Assembly: GCA_965657515.1 (NCBI GenBank)
Contig: CBFHPE010000001.1
Location: forward strand, 1 to 63,843
Source of the DNA: Sulfurovum sp.
GTDB taxonomy: Bacteria > Campylobacterota > Campylobacteria > Campylobacterales > Sulfurovaceae
Length of the DNA: 63,843 nucleotides
Reading direction: 5' to 3'
A program made the position numbers and the translations under genes. Below the pieces are notes generated by a model. It saw nothing but the letters and a program-made list of their open reading frames with translations. It was not told where the DNA came from and searched no databases. Positions within the stretch are counted from its first letter, which is position 1, and the number at the start of each line of letters is the position of its first letter. Positions 62,210-63,843 of this stretch are shown one piece after another.

Positions 62210-63841
62210 TTAAACTTCCTTCTTTTTATTTTCAATCATTTCTACAAACTGTGAAGCACTTTCCTCATACATATCAAATATTTTACTCACACCTGCTAAA
62301 AGTAATTTTCTATTGTCCTCTTTTGTATCTGAGAGTGCTACGATCTCCGAAGTGAATCCCTTAGCACGTAATGTAATAGTATAATAGACATTGAGCGCTT
62401 CCTCATCCATAGCACATACAGCAATACCATCTTTGATCTCAGGTGCTTCATTCATCTTTTTATCTATCAGAACCACATTAACAAACCCATCAGCTTTGGC
62501 TGATTCATAACACGTTTTGTCTATCTCATAGATACTGACTTCTATGCCTTCTTCTTTTAGCATTTTACATATATGTCTACTCTTATGAGTGTACCCAAAA
62601 ATGAAGATATTTTTCATCTCTTCTACACTGTGTTTTTTTAAATAATGAAAAGCTTTACTATCTACTACATCATAAGGTTCAACAAGCCCATCTACTTTGG
62701 TAGCTACATACTGTGCATGTAGTTCTACTTGATTCATACGGGCATAGACAACCGATTCTTTCTGTATACTTTTTGCATTGAGTATAAAATAGATATTATT
62801 GATATCAGAACTTCTCAATGTAAGCATCGCAGCTATGTTACTACGTTGATAAAGATCATTAATGATCTTTGCAGAAGACCCATCAGCATGTATAACCTGA
62901 TGTCCGTCTTGCACTGCTACAGTAGCTTTCTCTTCATCACTTTCTATAATAACTGGTTCATACATTTTATGCAGTTTGAGTTTTTTGGCGATCGTTGCAC
63001 CCAGGTGTCCATAGCCATTGATAATGACAACATTGTGCATCTTATTCACATGATTAATGCTGTCCTGGTTACGTAATTCATCAAATCTTTCAGAAAAAGC
63101 AGAGACCATTACAGAAGTAACAAATGAGATCATCGCAATACCTATGATGATACCAAACATAGAAATGACCTTACCCATTTCAGTCACAGGGGAAATATCA
63201 CCATACCCCACTGTCGATATGGTCACCAATGCCCAGTAAATTGCATCTAAATAGGAATGTAATGATTCATTGATACCAAATTCAAGTAGGTAAAAAATAG
63301 ACCCAAAAGTAAAGGTGATACCAAAAAGCATATAGCCTAAGAAAATGAATTCAAAACGTTTTTTCAGTAAAGCATTAAAGAGACTTGAGGCACCATGCAT
63401 ATAGTGATACAGCTTCAAAAGTCTGATGATCCTGAATTTTGGGAAAATGGCTATAAGGTCTATGAGGGCAGGAAGTGATATCATGTAACGCAGCTTTGAT
63501 TTAATAACTACCCAATAACGCTCTGAAATTTTTTCATTAGAAGTAGAGACAAGATATTTATGTATATCATGACTGATCCAAAGTCGTAACAGATACTCCA
63601 GGGCAAAGATACTTGTCACAAAATAGAGATCAAACTCAACCAGCCACTCCGGGATCTTTCCTGTTTTACTCATGATCAAAATCGAGATAGAGACCACGAT
63701 AAGCAATATCATGAATGCGTCAAAATACCTTTTGTAAGGATAATTAGGATCTTCAAGAAGTGCACGGAAAAATGACTTTACTTTTTGATATTTGACTGAC
63801 TTGTCTATCTTTTTGGAGAGTTTTAGTATAAAGTTATGCAT
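62210..63841 (-). CDS. Potassium channel with two RCK/TrkA-N domains
   Basis: 6-TM channel with TVGYGD filter, GYGHLG RCK and a second degenerate RCK. The start is at the window edge and cannot be verified. Confidence 0.88.
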   Translation of the reverse strand: MHNFILKLSKKIDKSVKYQKVKSFFRALLEDPNYPYKRYFDAFMILLIVVSISILIMSKTGKIPEWLVEFDLYFVTSIFALEYLLRLWISHDIHKYLVSTSNEKISERYWVVIKSKLRYMISLPALIDLIAIFPKFRIIRLLKLYHYMHGASSLFNALLKKRFEFIFLGYMLFGITFTFGSIFYLLEFGINESLHSYLDAIYWALVTISTVGYGDISPVTEMGKVISMFGIIIGIAMISFVTSVMVSAFSERFDELRNQDSINHVNKMHNVVIINGYGHLGATIAKKLKLHKMYEPVIIESDEEKATVAVQDGHQVIHADGSSAKIINDLYQRSNIAAMLTLRSSDINNIYFILNAKSIQKESVVYARMNQVELHAQYVATKVDGLVEPYDVVDSKAFHYLKKHSVEEMKNIFIFGYTHKSRHICKMLKEEGIEVSIYEIDKTCYESAKADGFVNVVLIDKKMNEAPEIKDGIAVCAMDEEALNVYYTITLRAKGFTSEIVALSDTKEDNRKLLLAGVSKIFDMYEESASQFVEMIENKKKEV

Positions 63842-63843
63842 CG

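Noticed and set aside
415-63239. Many short ORF-track entries overlapping long genes (e.g. 628-957, 13068-13625, 29397-29912, 33088-33576)
   Set aside because: They are antisense or alternate-frame shadows of well-supported genes, with no recognisable motifs.
1-63843. CRISPR arrays, IS elements, integrases, prophage genes, tRNA or rRNA
   Set aside because: No repeat-spacer periodicity or transposase/integrase motifs were seen, and the intergenic gaps are short, with no tRNA-like sequence recognised.

Overview
A gene-dense, AT-rich chromosomal window from a Campylobacterota bacterium, probably Sulfurovum-like (inferred from the lpxB-queH-fabZ-lpxA-clpX-mreBC-carB order, cbpA-hspR, a dimeric dUTPase, nspC, sorAB and TATAAT-dominated promoters). 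Most of it is housekeeping, including purL-purH, rpmH-rnpA-yidC-jag-mnmE, tamAB and gpsA. I saw no rRNA, tRNA, CRISPR array, transposase or prophage. The main points of interest are: (1) a two-gene unit encoding a secreted 462-aa single-heme protein with cytochrome P460-like motifs and a 1538-aa pseudokinase/STAND-ATPase/GAF/GGDEF diguanylate cyclase; (2) a c-di-GMP-I-like riboswitch with a visible anti-aptamer ahead of a NIT-like hybrid histidine kinase; (3) a phosphate/polyphosphate operon (Pit, Na/Pi transporter, Lys-rich small protein, two PPK2); (4) a soluble FtsH-like protein with degenerate ATPase motifs and an intact protease site; (5) a stand-alone degenerate GGDEF protein. Smaller observations include a 46-aa membrane protein below the ORF-track cutoff, a probable ATC start for rnpA, four candidate leaderless genes and a HAIR-like operator over the cbpA-hspR promoter. 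All family calls come from motif recognition by eye; no searches were run.
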